This document shows, in pieces, positions 1-13,272 of a DNA stretch of 64,000 nucleotides (positions are counted from its first letter, which is position 1; each line of letters begins with the position of its first letter). Source of the DNA: Eledone cirrhosa (lineage: Eukaryota); the NCBI GenBank assembly GCA_964016885.1, contig OZ024746.1:47244001-47308000 (forward strand), in the 5' to 3' direction. The position numbers and the translations under genes were made by a program. The notes below the pieces were generated by a model that saw only the letters and a list, made by a program, of their open reading frames with translations, was not told the DNA's origin and searched no databases.

Positions 1-888
1 GCCTCTGTAATTTGCCTAAACATTGCATCTTTTCTGTGTGTGGATTCTATTTTTATTTCTGTTCTCTAATTTACCCTTGTGTTCTGTCTTAGCATGTTGG
101 TAGAGTACAGATGATTCTTTATTATCTTGAAGGTCTCGCCAGTGTTCATTTATTCATTCCCCTATACTACGAGCTGTCTCACCTATGTACACTATATTTT
201 TGTTTCTACATTGTCCTTCAGTACATCTTATGCTATACACTACATTTCTAGTTTTACAGTTAATATGGGGGCTTATTTTACAGGTTATACATTTCTTATC
301 TATACATGAGGGTCTTTGGAACGGGTATGTCTTGCTAATAAGTGTTTTTACGGAGGTACCTGGTCTTTCTACTATCTTAATATTGAGTTTATGTTTATTT
401 AGGGCCCTTCTAAATTTGTAGGCTAGTTCGCCTCTAGGGGTTGTATTGATGAACATTACACTCTGGTATTTATTGCTATCATATCATGAGTTTATTCTAT
501 TGGCCTTGTTCCTAGTTCTTTCTATTCTATTCCAAAATTTGCTCCTATGCAAGGGGCAGGTCCCATTTATGTCATTATTTACCATTTTTTCCCATTTGGT
601 TCTGGCTCCTCTATACACTCTGATTCTATCTCTCTGATTGTAGCCAGAGAACTGCATACGGTGGATGAAGTGTTGTATGTGTCTCTCTAGTTCTTCGGGG
701 TTGCACATGCGGGACACATTTCTCATCACCCGTACCAAATCCGCAATCAGTATGTTGATTTTGGTATGGTCCGAAATGGCCGAGTTTCGGTGGATCAGAT
801 GTTTGGAAGTCATGTGTTTGGCATAATGGGAATGGAGGATTTGTTTTTGGTTGTTAATGGTATCTAACCAGAGCTCTGTGTCTAGTAC
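1..888 (-). mobile_element. Penelope-like element family 1, minus arm (RT thumb to GIY-YIG, interrupted by stops; continues beyond window start)
   Basis: ORFs 484-813 and 154-456 (RMQFSGY; CxxxxCxxC..NVVYSIRC..YIGETAR) are homologous to the C-terminus of the 52735-55974 ORF and are the reverse complement of 889-1530. Confidence 0.9.
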
Positions 889-1713
889 AATCAGAGAGAT
901 AGAATTAGAGTGTATAGAGGAGCCAGAACCAAATGGGAAAAAATGGTAAATAATGACATAAATGGGACCTGCCCCTTGTATAGGAGCAAATTTTGGAATA
1001 GAATAGAAAGAACTAAGAACAAGGCCAATAGAATAAACTCATGGTATGATAGCAATAAATACCAGAGTGTAATGTTCATCAATACAACCCCTAGAGGCGA
1101 ACTAGCCTACAAATTTAGAAGGGCCCTAAGTAAACATAAACTCAATATTAAGATAGTAGAAAGACCAGGTACCTCCGTAAAACACTTATTAGCAAGACAT
1201 ACCCGTTCCAAAGACCCTCATGTATAGATAAGAAATGTATAACCTGTAAAATAAGCCCCCATATTAACTGTAAAACTAGAAATGTAGTGTATAGCATAAG
1301 ATGTACTGAAGGACAATGTAGAAACAAAAATATAGTGTACATAGGTGAGACAGCTCGTAGTATAGGGGAACGAATAAATGAACACTGGCGAGACCTTCAA
1401 GATAATAAAGAATCATCTGTACTCTACCAACATGCTAAGATAGAACACAAGGGTAAATTAGAGAACATAGAAATAAAAATAGAATCCACACACAGAAAAG
1501 ATGCAATGTTTAGGCAAATTACAGAGGCAGTAAGCATAAAAGAATTACAACCAAAATTAAATAGAAAATATGAGTGGAACAGCAACATCACAACTTACAA
1601 TTAAGGACAAAATGAAAACACACACACACATAGAACAAACAACCAACCAACAACATGTAAATAAATAAACAAATAGATAAATGAACACAAACACACACAG
1701 ACACCCGGATGTG

Positions 1714-1763
1714 GCGCATGCGCAAACTGAGCACACAACACACACACAGAAACAAAATGGCGT
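1714..1763 (+). promoter_or_regulatory. NRF1-like (GCGCATGCGCA) plus YY1-like (AAAATGGCG) motifs upstream of the HHR
   Basis: Same motif pair in the same order in PLE family 2 at 57356-57450. Confidence 0.4.
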
Positions 1764-1808
1764 AGGACAGAAGAAAGGAAAGGCACAGAAACAAAGAAAG
1801 GAATCCCC

Positions 1809-1853
1809 AGTCACTGAAGAGGTCACAGAGTGTGTGACGAAAGGACTATGACT
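1809..1853 (+). ncRNA. Minimal type I hammerhead ribozyme motif in PLE family 1 pLTR
   Basis: AGTCA-CTGAAGA-G-GTCAC(7 nt)GTGAC-GAAA-GGAC-TA-TGACT; stems I and II pair, stem III is vestigial. Confidence 0.75.
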
Positions 1854-2011
1854 ATATATAAACAACTATCTGGTTGTGGAACCAACCAACCAACCAGAAA
1901 TTTATAAGTTTGTAGATTTGTATATTTATAAATTTATAAATATATAATAAATTGAAGTGAAAGCAACTGGTGCGTGTGTTTCTTATTGGCAACATGACCC
2001 TCCCAAAGTAT

Positions 2012-2066
<55 letters not shown>

Positions 2067-2518
2067 AAGGGCAAAGGAGCTCTTAAGAGTCAATGGCCAT
2101 CCAAAATCACCGGGAGAGATGACCCCTTAGCCTTTGTAAAGGCAGAATTCTAGGAGAAGGAAAACTCTGATATAACACCTGCCACCCTGATGGTATCCAA
2201 TGATGTTGACTTGTTCTTCTTTTTGGTAAATATCATCTTGGTTAAGAGAGTGGGACTGGCTTTGTGCAGTGCCTTTGCTCACTATAAAAGCTTCACGGCA
2301 CAGGCATTGCTTTATATATGGAGATCTCTCTGCACTTGTCGTCACATGGTACCATGGGCCCACCACTATGTGTCAATAATTGTCACAAGTGTAGTGTTTG
2401 TACCAGAGTTTTCAAGTCGCTGGCTGGACTAAAAAGTCACACTCGTTCAGCCCATCGGTAGGGGTTCTCCTACATGGATATAAAGTAGTGGCCGTACTCG
2501 AAAACGAGTTGGCAGCCA

Positions 2519-2650
<132 letters not shown>

Positions 2651-2785
2651 GTATATATATATGTATGTATATATATGTATATATGTATCTATGTATATAT
2701 ATATGTATCTATGTATATATATATATATATATATATAATGTTATATTTCATATTATATCATTTCATTATTTTAAAACAATTTATG

Positions 2786-2965
2786 GGCGGTGGATTGGTG
2801 GTATCGGTAGAGGGTCGGACGCCATGCTTTGACGCAAAGAGCCTTTCCATTCTGAGTTCAAATCCCGCCGAGGTTAACTTTGCCTTTCATCCTTACGGGG
2901 TCGATAAAATAAAGTACCAGTAATACACTGGGTAATTGCTTGCCTTGTGCCAAAAGTAGAAGCAA
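2786..2965 (+). mobile_element. tRNA-derived SINE (cephalopod-type; central GCCTTTCATCC..GGTCGATAAAAT..GTACC domain)
   Basis: A box (TGGTGGTATCGG) and B box (GAGTTCAAATCC); TSD ATTATTTTAAAACAAT at 2765-2780 and 2965-2980; many copies in window. Confidence 0.85.
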
Positions 2966-3385
2966 TTATTTTAAAACAATATAATATAAACTCTACATCT
3001 ACCTTAGAGATTATACAGTTAAGCGATGAACAGAATATAATATAAATTGAGTACTATATCGATGATAATAATTTAAACACAATATACATGATGGAATGCC
3101 ATAGAAAGCATTACGATACAAATGATACCAACATCAAATAAACTAAGATAATTTATAAATGAATGGGAATAGAAAGAGGAAGATAACTGACATACCAACA
3201 CCCAGGCCATTTTCACTTCAATAATATCTACTGATGGTACGACCATAAAATCAATTTAGTTGATAGTGCATTAAACATCAAAAATATAAAACGTAACATT
3301 AGTAAGGGATGAAACAATGATGCATATATGTATAGTGCGTGAACATTCACCGCCATACACATTCGCCATCACTGCCACCAATATA

Positions 3386-3748
3386 CAGTTGTCCCCCAGT
3401 TTTCGCGGTGGTTACGTTCCTAGAGAACCCGCGAAGAGTGAAAAATCGCGAATATTGGATGTAGTCCATAAAAATGACTATAAACGTCAAAATATAACGT
3501 AAAATATCATTTAAAAAGAGGGAGAGTGTTATGCGAAGGGGCGTCTAACAGACCGGCAAATACGGTATATTGTTATTAATAATTTAATGTTAAAAAATAT
3601 ATATATTGTCACGAAAAAAAACATTTAGAAAATTGTGGAAGATATTTAAGATTCCGCGAATATGCGGTGGTTTCCACGAACAATTATTAGATAAGTTCTT
3701 AGCGAAATTCCGCGAATAACCGGGACTGTGAATTCCGGGGGTACTCTG
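3386..3748. mobile_element. Tc1/mariner (pogo/Tigger-like) MITE
   Basis: TA|CAGTTGTCCCC ... GGGGTACTCTG|TA: imperfect TIRs with TA duplication, no ORF. Confidence 0.6.
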
Positions 3749-4188
3749 TACTCACTAAACGTAAGCAGCATAACAAACACATACTCTCCTGAGTTCCTGC
3801 GTCCTTTGACGGGAGCACAAAATCACCCTCGTCACCAAGCTTGGTGGGGTTGCTTGTTTAGTCGCCGACGACCCGACCATGCGAGACAAGTTGTACTGAG
3901 TTACATGTTACCAGTAGCACTGAAGAGTGACCTGACATACATATACACATACATACATACATACATGCATACATACATACATACAATCCTATGTATCTGT
4001 AATCTTATGTATGTGTGTGTCTGTGTGCGTGTGCGTGTGCATATCTACGAATCAACGAAGTTGTCTTTTTTATGTCATATAATTCCATAACACCCAAATG
4101 TCATCAAACTTCAACCAGTTAAATAAAAGTAATATATATATAAACATACACATACCGACCATAATTAAATATGGAATGATACGCGATG

Positions 4189-5205
4189 CTACCCACCCCC
4201 AACCCTCACCCCCACAGCCCCGGCGGTCAGAACGGAGTAGGCGTTTCCCCGGCGGACGGCAAGGGAGACGCGCTGGAAAAGCCACTCCAACTTGCGGCTG
4301 GCCAGCTCAGCGCCTATGGTGATGAGTAGGGTGGTAGCCCTAGGGCCGAGGACACCAGATGTCTCCACTGCCAAGAGTACAACCGCAAACCTGACGGAGA
4401 GCGACCGGTATTTGAGAAGTTTAGCCTCCTCAGCCCGATGTGCAGCAGAACCCGGGTTAATTGCAGACTGCACCAGGTTGCGGCTGCAGAAAGTGTCGGT
4501 GCAAGTGGCATCCCAGACGGGGGGTTTGCCACCACGGAACGGGAAGATGGTCATGCCATCTGGCCTTTTGCCGTCCCGTCGGTCCAGCCCTACCGGCTCG
4601 AGCTGGGAAGGGAAGCCTGCAGCGTCCAAGTCATGCTTTATGACTTCGTTGGGGGCACCATGACGTGGAAGGCGGCCGGCACTGTGGCGACAGGAAAGAA
4701 GATGGAGGCCGAAAGTGTTCACGGTGGATCCGCAGCGACATTTGTGTGACTCGCAGATCCGGAGGCCGAGTCTCAAGGAAACGTCAATGCGCAGACTATT
4801 ATTATCTAGCTGCGTGCCAGTGGAGAAGGAGGGCAAAGCATGGAGCCAGGCACCACTGTGGGTTTTGGAGGCCGCACGAAAACAGGCAAGGCGGTGCTGG
4901 TCGAGCTGGCGCGTGAGCCTGTCTGAGGCCAGGCTGCTCTGGATGGCATCCCAAGTGCTTGGGGGAGACTTGACGTCAACAGGGGGAGAAGGAGGAGGGA
5001 CGAGTACTGGGCTGAGTCCCAACCGGTCCCACGTCTCACAGGCGGCCTCACATTCTCTGAACACAATTGCTTCTATTGTGTTTAGAAGAACCCTGATGAC
5101 GAGGACGCGGTACTAGGTTACCGACGAAAGATACGCCGGCAAAGCCAGTGAGATCGGGGACCGGAGGCCAAGGCTGCCATACCCGACAGGTAAAGTGGCC
5201 TGTTC
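4189..5205 (-). mobile_element. 5'-truncated CRE-like non-LTR retrotransposon (RT end, zinc finger, restriction-like endonuclease)
   Basis: ORF 4189-5064 has SGAWL..LP, CxC..HLLSC, RH..NE, KRPDG, WDAT, AVETSG and RRGNA; upstream frame reads GSLGL..LALPAYLSS; GC-rich island. Confidence 0.8.
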
Positions 5206-6639
5206 AGTCAATTATTAAATATAGAAAAATGAGAATGACAGTTAACAAAAGAAATCCGTTTAGGCATGCGTGTGCATGTGTGTGTGTGTGCGCGTGTGTG
5301 TATGTAAATTTGTCTATCATCTATCTATCTTTCTCCCCAATCTAAGGTCTTATGTTCATACTTTAATACATACATAAATATACACATATGCACGCAGACA
5401 CATACACACACATACACACACCACACATGCACCCCCCACACACACACACACACTAAGATAATATCGATTTTTCTTTTTGTTGTTAATTTACAGATCACCT
5501 AATATCATTCAAAATATTGTAGTTTGACCATTCAATATGTCAATCTTTTCGAAGTCATTTCAACTCTTCGTTCGCCTCTCACAAACTCTTATCTATACAT
5601 GTTTGTGTAAGAAGCGGCAGTGTGTATATCTGTGTGTGTATGTGTGTGTGAGTGTGTGGAGAATGGAAGTGTATGTGTATGTGTGTGGGGGGGTTATATC
5701 ACGCCGTTTTAAACAGTACTGAGCACAGTTTCTCACTGCTACAAATAGCCGGTAATCTGCCGCATATCACGCACATTTACAATCTTTAAAATGAAAGACA
5801 CATTGAGTTATGTATTCCATGACATACAATATAACAGGATCGTCACAGCTGGAATGAGTTTTATCATTGGACTGCTTGATCACACTCAAGCTGTTGCAAA
5901 ACAGCACTAAGGGAATATATATGTGAGGCAGCAGCTGAATTCTTGTTTGATCTGCTAAAATCGCACGCATTACTGCATTGAAATAGGACACATTAAACAA
6001 TGTAGCTCCTGGTTTAACAAACAACGGGAAGATCACGAATTGAATGTCATTTATTATAGGTGCATTGAATAAAGCTAAACTGGGACTAAACAACAATAAC
6101 TAAGGGAAAATTAACTTACTAAACATATAGAAACCCAAGGGCGGTGCCCCAGCATGGCCTCAGCCGGATGGCTGAAACAGGTAAAAGAGTAAAAGAGTAA
6201 GTCAAAATTCCTAGATATCGTCACCTACTGTCTTCAGAAAGACAGTATAGTTTAGAGAATGTTGTCCCTGATATATATATACTTAAGTTGAAAATAACCG
6301 GCCAAAAACAGAACTCAATCAGAACTCAATCAGAAATATCAACCAAATACCTAAAAATGATATCTTGCCATTCTAAGCAAATGAAAGACACATTATCCCA
6401 ATGTAATCCAACATAATTCTAAAAGCGAGGGATGGCCATAGCTGCTCGGGGCTGACCTAGGGCTAAACAATAAAAAGCAATAACCTGATTAAACACACGT
6501 TTACAAAAAGAATCACACACGCACATACACAACCACACATAAACACATGTAGCTACTTCAATACACATCAATATCATTACGTCGACCACACCTTACTTGC
6601 AAATATAAATATCAATAATAAACCCTTATAAGCAGCTAA

Positions 6640-6711
6640 GGTTCTATGGTGTAATGGTTAGCACTCTGGACTTTGAATCCAGCGATCTGAGTTCGAGTCT
6701 CGGTAGAACCT
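6640..6711 (+). tRNA. trnQ-TTG: tRNA-Gln(TTG)
   Basis: 72-nt cloverleaf GGTTCTATGGTGTAATGG..CT TTG AA..GTTCGA..AGAACCT with downstream T-run. Confidence 0.93.
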
Positions 6712-7509
6712 ATCTAGTGTCATATTTTTTTTATTTTGAGAATGTATGTTTTCCTATAAAATTCGAAGCCCTGCCGCCACGTGTAAAATAATTGAGATCC
6801 TCAACTCTTCAGTGTGCCGTAAAGTCAACTGTGTCTATATATATACAAATCTTCTCATATACAAAATAAAAAGTAAGTCATTATAACTTAGTGGGACGTC
6901 ACAAAAGTTCACTCTCCTGAAATTACATTTTTTCAACAATCTGGGTGTCATTTTCATCTATAAATTTTCTTGGCTCTCTACGTCATGGTTATTCACTAAA
7001 ATCTTATATTTTCTTCAGCCATTCTCAGATTTGACTATACAGTTAGACTATGCTTCTATCAAGACCGAAATATGTGGAGAATGTTCACGACTGCATTCTT
7101 TATTTTACTAACATGAATTAATCTTAATATCAAGATCACCTCGCCTGAAGGACTGAACGAAGGAGTAATTTCAATAAAATTATTGACTCTCTATATATTA
7201 CGTTAATGTTCACGTTACTATACACGTATTCCATATTCTAAATGTAGGATCTGTTGTAATATTCAGATTGAAATATGTTTGTTGTTCGACTAAACAACAA
7301 CCATAACCTAATTATACACACTCATCTACAAACAGAATGACACACACACATTCACAAGCACACACACAGACATTCACAAGCACACACACACACACATTCA
7401 CAAACACACATGCACATGTGAGTACTTTACAAGACATCAATATCAGTATGTCAACCACACCTTTATATTCAAACATAAATAAGAATACTAAACCCATAAT
7501 AACAGGTAA

Positions 7510-7581
7510 GGTTCTATGGTGTAATGGTTAGCACTCTGGACTCTGAATCCAGCGATCCGAGTTCAAATCTCGGTAGAACCT
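7510..7581 (+). tRNA. trnQ-CTG: tRNA-Gln(CTG)
   Basis: Intact cloverleaf, anticodon loop CT CTG AA, TTTT terminator directly downstream. Confidence 0.93.
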
Positions 7582-7828
7582 ATTTTGCGATATAATTTTG
7601 AATTTTAAGAATGTTTTCTTTTATTTTAGAGAATTATAGCAAGTTCAATACACGCACACATACACATCTGCTCATGTTAGTGAACAAGCAACGTAAAGCA
7701 TAGTATTTAAACTAAATTATTGTAATAAATATGAACGTCCATAGAATTTATGTATATGTACATTTTTATCAGCATCTCAAGTATGTATGTATGTATATTC
7801 AAATATACATCAAAACAATTACAATCTT

Positions 7829-7900
7829 GGTTTTATTGTATAATTATCAGAATTCTGCACTTTGAATCCAGGGATATGAGTTGAAATCTCGGTAGAATCA
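7829..7900 (+). pseudogene. Decayed tRNA-Gln(TTG)
   Basis: Alignable to tRNA-Gln but A box, B box and stems are mutated. Confidence 0.75.
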
Positions 7901-7977
7901 AATTTCCTATAGGATTTTTGTTTTAATTCTAATTAAGATCAGAATTACATTTCTAATGCTGAGGTTTCCAAACGTAG

Positions 7978-8087
<110 letters not shown>

Positions 8088-8711
8088 CTGTGTAATTTAC
8101 CTTAATTCAATCTACATTCACAAAGCACTGTTCAACTGGAATAATCTATGGTAGAAGATACTGCCACAATATGAATACAGTAAATATCTGCAGACGATTA
8201 CTTTTGTAGATTCATTCAACTCCATGTTTTTTACTGATGTTTATTGTAACCGATTCTAGAAGATATAAAGAGAATGTTTGTAGAAATTTTACCTTTCACT
8301 TCAAGGGTGTTACCTACTGTCTTACCTATAATCTGGATATTTACCAATTCCTTTAACATATCGCATTATTATTATGTTCGAAACGAACAATGAAGACCAT
8401 TCGAAGAAGAGGAAAACTCCTTTTTTCTTTCTGTTCCCTCTTTTTACTTTAATCTGTAATAATGTTCAGATTGAAATATGTTTGTTGTTCGATTAAACAA
8501 TAACAATAATAACATAATTATACACATACACGTCTTCAAACAGAATGACACAAACACATTCACAAACACACAAACACATTCACAAGTACACACACATTCA
8601 CAAACACACATACCTGCGCATGTGATTACTTTACAAGACATCAATATCAGCATGTCGACCACGCTTTATATTCAAATATAAATAAGAATAAAAACATCTG
8701 GTGCTGGGTGA

Positions 8712-8783
8712 GGTTCTATGGTGTAATGGTTAGCACTCTGGACTTTGAATCCAGCGATCTGAGTTCGAGTCTCGGTAGAACCT
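8712..8783 (+). tRNA. trnQ-TTG: tRNA-Gln(TTG)
   Basis: Intact cloverleaf, same sequence as 6640-6711. Confidence 0.93.
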
Positions 8784-8959
8784 TACTAGTGTCATATTTT
8801 TTTAATTTTGAGAATGTATGTTTTCTTATAAAATTCAACCCCCACCCCACACGTAAAATAATTGAGATCCTCAAATTTTCAGTATCAACTGTGTCTATAT
8901 ATATACACATGTCCTTATATACAAAATAAAAAGAGTCATTATAATAAAAAGAGTCATTA

Positions 8960-9143
8960 TTGGATTGGCAGTATCGGTAGAGGGTCGGACGCCATGCTTT
9001 CCAGCATAGTTACGTGCCTTTACGATCTGAGTTCAAATCCCGCCGAGGTTGACTTTGCCTTTCATCCTTACGGGGTCGATAAAATAATGTACCAGTAATG
9101 AACTGGGTAATTGCTGGCCTTGTGCCTAAAGTAGAAACAATTA
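8960..9143 (+). mobile_element. tRNA-derived SINE within the tandem unit
   Basis: Same family as 2786; absent from the equivalent site near 6880. Confidence 0.85.
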
Positions 9144-9769
9144 TAATTTAGACGAATGTCACAAAACTTCACTCTCCTAAAATTAGATTTTTTCAACAAT
9201 CTGGGTGTCATTTTCATCTATAAATTTTCTTGGCTCTCTACGTCATGGTTATTCACTAAAATCTTATATTTTCTTCAGCCATTCTCAGATTTGACTATAC
9301 AGTTAGACTATGCTTCTATCAAGACCGAAATATGTGGAGAATGTTCACGACTGCATTCTTTATTTTACTAACATGAATTAATCTTAATATCAAGATCACC
9401 TCGCCTGAAGGACTGAACGAAGGAGTAATTTCAATAAAATTATTGACTCTCTATATATTACGTTAATGTTCACGTTACTATACACGTATTCCATATTCTA
9501 AATGTAGGATCTGTTGTAATATTCAGATTGAAATATGTTTGTTGTTCGACTAAACAACAACCATAACCTAATTATACACACTCATCTACAAACAGAATGA
9601 CACACACACATTCACAAGCACACACACAGACATTCACAAGCACACACACACACACATTCACAAACACACATGCACATGTGAGTACTTTACAAGACATCAA
9701 TATCAGTATGTCAACCACACCTTTATATTCAAACATAAATAAGAATACTAAACCCATAATAACAGGTAA

Positions 9770-9841
9770 GGTTCTATGGTGTAATGGTTAGCACTCTGGA
9801 CTCTGAATCCAGCGATCCGAGTTCAAATCTCGGTAGAACCT
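9770..9841 (+). tRNA. trnQ-CTG: tRNA-Gln(CTG)
   Basis: Intact, same sequence as 7510-7581. Confidence 0.93.
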
Positions 9842-10088
9842 ATTTTGCGATATAATTTTGAATTTTAAGAATGTTTTCTTTTATTTTAGAGAATTATAGC
9901 AAGTTCAATACACGCACACATACACATCTGCTCATGTTAGTGAACAAGCAACGTAAAGCATAGTATTTAAACTAAATTATTGTAATAAATATGAACGTCC
10001 ATAGAATTTATGTATATGTACATTTTTATCAGCATCTCAAGTATGTATGTATGTATATTCAAATATACATCAAAACAATTACAATCTT

Positions 10089-10160
10089 GGTTTTATTGTA
10101 TAATTATCAGAATTCTGCACTTTGAATCCAGGGATATGAGTTGAAATCTCGGTAGAATCA
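10089..10160 (+). pseudogene. Decayed tRNA-Gln(TTG)
   Basis: Copy of 7829-7900. Confidence 0.75.
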
Positions 10161-10237
10161 AATTTCCTATAGGATTTTTGTTTTAATTCTAATTAAGATC
10201 AGAATTACATTTCTAATGCTGAGGTTTCCAAACGTGG

Positions 10238-10357
<120 letters not shown>

Positions 10358-10981
10358 CTGTGTAGTTTACCTTAATTCAATCTACATTCACAAAGCACTG
10401 TTCAACTGGAATAATCTATGGTAGAAGATACTGCCACAATATGAATACAGTAAATATCTGCAGACGATTACTTTTGTAGATTCATTCAACTCCATGTTTT
10501 TTACTGATGTTTATTGTAACCGATTCTAGAAGATATAAAGAGAATGTTTGTAGAAATTTTACCTTTCACTTCAAGGGTGTTACCTACTGTCTTACCTATA
10601 ATCTGGATATTTACCAATTCCTTTAACATATCGCATTATTATTATGTTCGAAACGAACAATGAAGACCATTCGAAGAAGTGGAAAACTCCTTTTTTCTTT
10701 CTGTTCCCTCTTTTTACTTTAATCTGTAATAATGTTCAGATTGAAATATGTTTGTTGTTCGATTAAACAATAACAATAATAACATAATTATACACATACA
10801 CGTCTTCAAACAGAATGACACAAACACATTCACAAACACACAAACACATTCACAAGTACACACACATTCACAAACACACATACCTGCGCATGTGATTACT
10901 TTACAAGACATCAATATCAGCATGTCGACCACGCTTTATATTCAAATATAAATAAGAATAAAAACATCTGGTGCTGGGTGA

Positions 10982-11053
10982 GGTTCTATGGTGTAATGGT
11001 TAGCACTCTGGACTTTGAATCCAGCGATCTGAGTTCGAGTCTCGGTAGAACCT
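10982..11053 (+). tRNA. trnQ-TTG: tRNA-Gln(TTG)
   Basis: Intact cloverleaf. Confidence 0.93.
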
Positions 11054-11229
11054 TACTAGTGTCATATTTTTTTAATTTTGAGAATGTATGTTTTCTTATA
11101 AAATTCAACCCCCACCCCACACGTAAAATAATTGAGATCCTCAAATTTTCAGTATCAACTGTGTCTATATATATACACATGTCCTTATATACAAAATAAA
11201 AAGAGTCATTATAATAAAAAGAGTCATTA

Positions 11230-11413
11230 TTGGATTGGCAGTATCGGTAGAGGGTCGGACGCCATGCTCTCCAGCATAGTTACGTGCCTTTACGATCTGA
11301 GTTCAAATCCCGCCGAGGTTGACTTTGCCTTTCATCCTTACGGGGTCGATAAAATAAAGTACCAGTAATGAACTGGGTAATTGCTGGCCTTGTGCCAAAA
11401 GTAGAAACAATTA
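11230..11413 (+). mobile_element. tRNA-derived SINE within the tandem unit
   Basis: Near-identical to 8960-9143. Confidence 0.85.
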
Positions 11414-12037
11414 TAATTTAGACGAATGTCACAAAACTTCACTCTCCTAAAATTACATTTTTTCAACAATCTGGGTGTCATTTTCATCTATAAATTTTCT
11501 TGGCTCTCTACGTCATGGTTATTCACTAAAATCTTATATTTTCTTCAGCCATTCTCAGATTTGACTATACAGTTAGACTATGCTTCTATCAAGACCGAAA
11601 TATGTGGAGAATGTTCACGACTGCATTCTTTATTTTACTAACATGAATTAATCTTAATATCAAGATCACCTCGCCTGAAGGACTGAACGAAGGAGTAATT
11701 TCAATAAAATTATTGACTCTCTATATATTACGTTAATGTTCACGTTACTATACACGTATTCCATATTCTAAATGTAGGATCTGTTGTAATATTCAGATTG
11801 AAATATGTTTGTTGTTCGACTAAACAACAACCATAACCTAATTATACACACTCATCTACAAACAGAATGACACACACACATTCACAAGCACACACGCAGA
11901 CATTCACAAGCACACACACACACATTCACAAACATACATGCACATGTGAGTACTTTACAAGACATCAATATCAGTATGTCAACCACACCTTTATATTCAA
12001 ACATAAATAAGAATACTAAACCCATAATAACAGGTAA

Positions 12038-12109
12038 GGTTCTATGGTGTAATGGTTAGCACTCTGGACTTTGAATCCAGCGATCCGAGTTCAAATCTCG
12101 GTAGAACCT
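12038..12109 (+). tRNA. trnQ-TTG: tRNA-Gln(TTG)
   Basis: Intact; positional paralog of the two CTG genes but anticodon reads TTG. Confidence 0.92.
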
Positions 12110-12392
12110 ATTTTGCGATATAATTTTGATCTTAAGAATGTTTTCTTTTATTTTAGCGAATTATAGCAAGTTCAATACACGCACACATACACATCTGCTC
12201 ATGTTAGTGAACAAGCAACATAAAGCATAGTATTGAAACTAAATTATTGTAATAAAAAGAGAAACTCCTTTTTTACATGTTCCCTCTTTTTACTTTAATT
12301 TGTTATAATGTTCAGTATGAAATATTTTTTTAGTTCGACAAAACAAAAACAACAACAGTCTAATGATACACACACTCGTCTGCAAACAGAAT

Positions 12393-12469
<77 letters not shown>

Positions 12470-12531
12470 CTGCACATGTGAGTACTTTACAAGACATCAA
12501 TATCAGTATGTCGACCATACACACCGCGTAA

Positions 12532-12603
12532 GGTTCTATGGTGTAATGGTTAGCACTCTGGACTTTGAATCCAGCGATCCGAGTTCAAATCTCGGTAGAA
12601 CCT
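12532..12603 (+). tRNA. trnQ-TTG: tRNA-Gln(TTG)
   Basis: Intact cloverleaf, TTTT downstream. Confidence 0.92.
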
Positions 12604-12853
12604 ATTTTGCGATATATTATATTTTTAATTTTAAGAATGTTTCTTTTTATTTTAGAGAACTATAGCAAGTAGAATACACGCACACACATACACATATCTG
12701 CTCATGTTAGTGAACAAGCCACATGAATGATAGTATTAACACTACATAGTTATAATAAAAATGAACGTCAATACGATAAAGGTTTATATACATTTTGTCA
12801 ATATGTCAAATAAGTATGTATATTAAAATATAAATGAAAAGAATTACCATATT

Positions 12854-12925
12854 GGTTCTATTATTTAATTGTTAGAACTTTGCACTTTGAATCCAACGAT
12901 CCGAGTTCAAATCTCGATAGAATCA
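12854..12925 (+). pseudogene. Decayed tRNA-Gln(TTG)
   Basis: Mutated D arm and anticodon stem; T arm retained. Confidence 0.75.
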
Positions 12926-13020
12926 ATTTTCCTATAGGATTTTTGCTTTAATTCTAATTAAGATCAGAATTACTTTTCTAATACTGAGGATTTCAAACGT
13001 GGTCATATATACACATATAT

Positions 13021-13210
13021 CCAAGATGGCCGACTGAATACGCACGTGTGCTTTTTTCTCCCAAATTTTCTTTTTCTCGTTTTCCCCGATCCTTCCTCTC
13101 ATCACTCTTTACTTTCTATTTATCTTATATTCCTAACTCTGCCTAGTGACCGAAACGTTAAGACTCTTTTCCTGCTATTTAAAGCGTTAAACTACCTTTT
13201 CGATACTTAC
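13021..13210 (+). mobile_element. Short insert in a TA/CA tract with a decayed HHR 3' half (probable PLE pLTR remnant)
   Basis: CGAAACGTTAAGACTCTTTTCCT shared with ~40695-40717; absent from the same position in the other tandem units. Confidence 0.45.
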
Positions 13211-13226
13211 CTACACACACACACAG

Positions 13227-13272
<46 letters not shown>

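Larger units (their letters stand above)
889..2015 (+). mobile_element. Penelope-like element family 1, plus arm (GIY-YIG end, 3' region/pLTR) ending in (TA)n
   Basis: ORFs 910-1227 and 1287-1604 are split by a 1-nt frameshift; VYIGETARSIGER..H and EAVSI..PKLNRK motifs; the tail abuts (TA)n at ~2016. Confidence 0.9.

Noticed and set aside
484-486. In-frame TGA in the PLE family 1 minus arm as possible selenocysteine, as in some Naiad PLEs
   Set aside because: The plus arm and family 2 have Trp (TGG) here, and the arm has other lesions, so it is a simple nonsense mutation
5093-5135. CTGATGA..GAAA hammerhead-like string
   Set aside because: Stems I and III do not form, and the region is the antisense of CRE RT coding sequence (LALPAYLSS)
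5767-6096. Short non-repetitive ORFs (also 46335-46559) as host exons
   Set aside because: No recognisable domain and no convincing splice context
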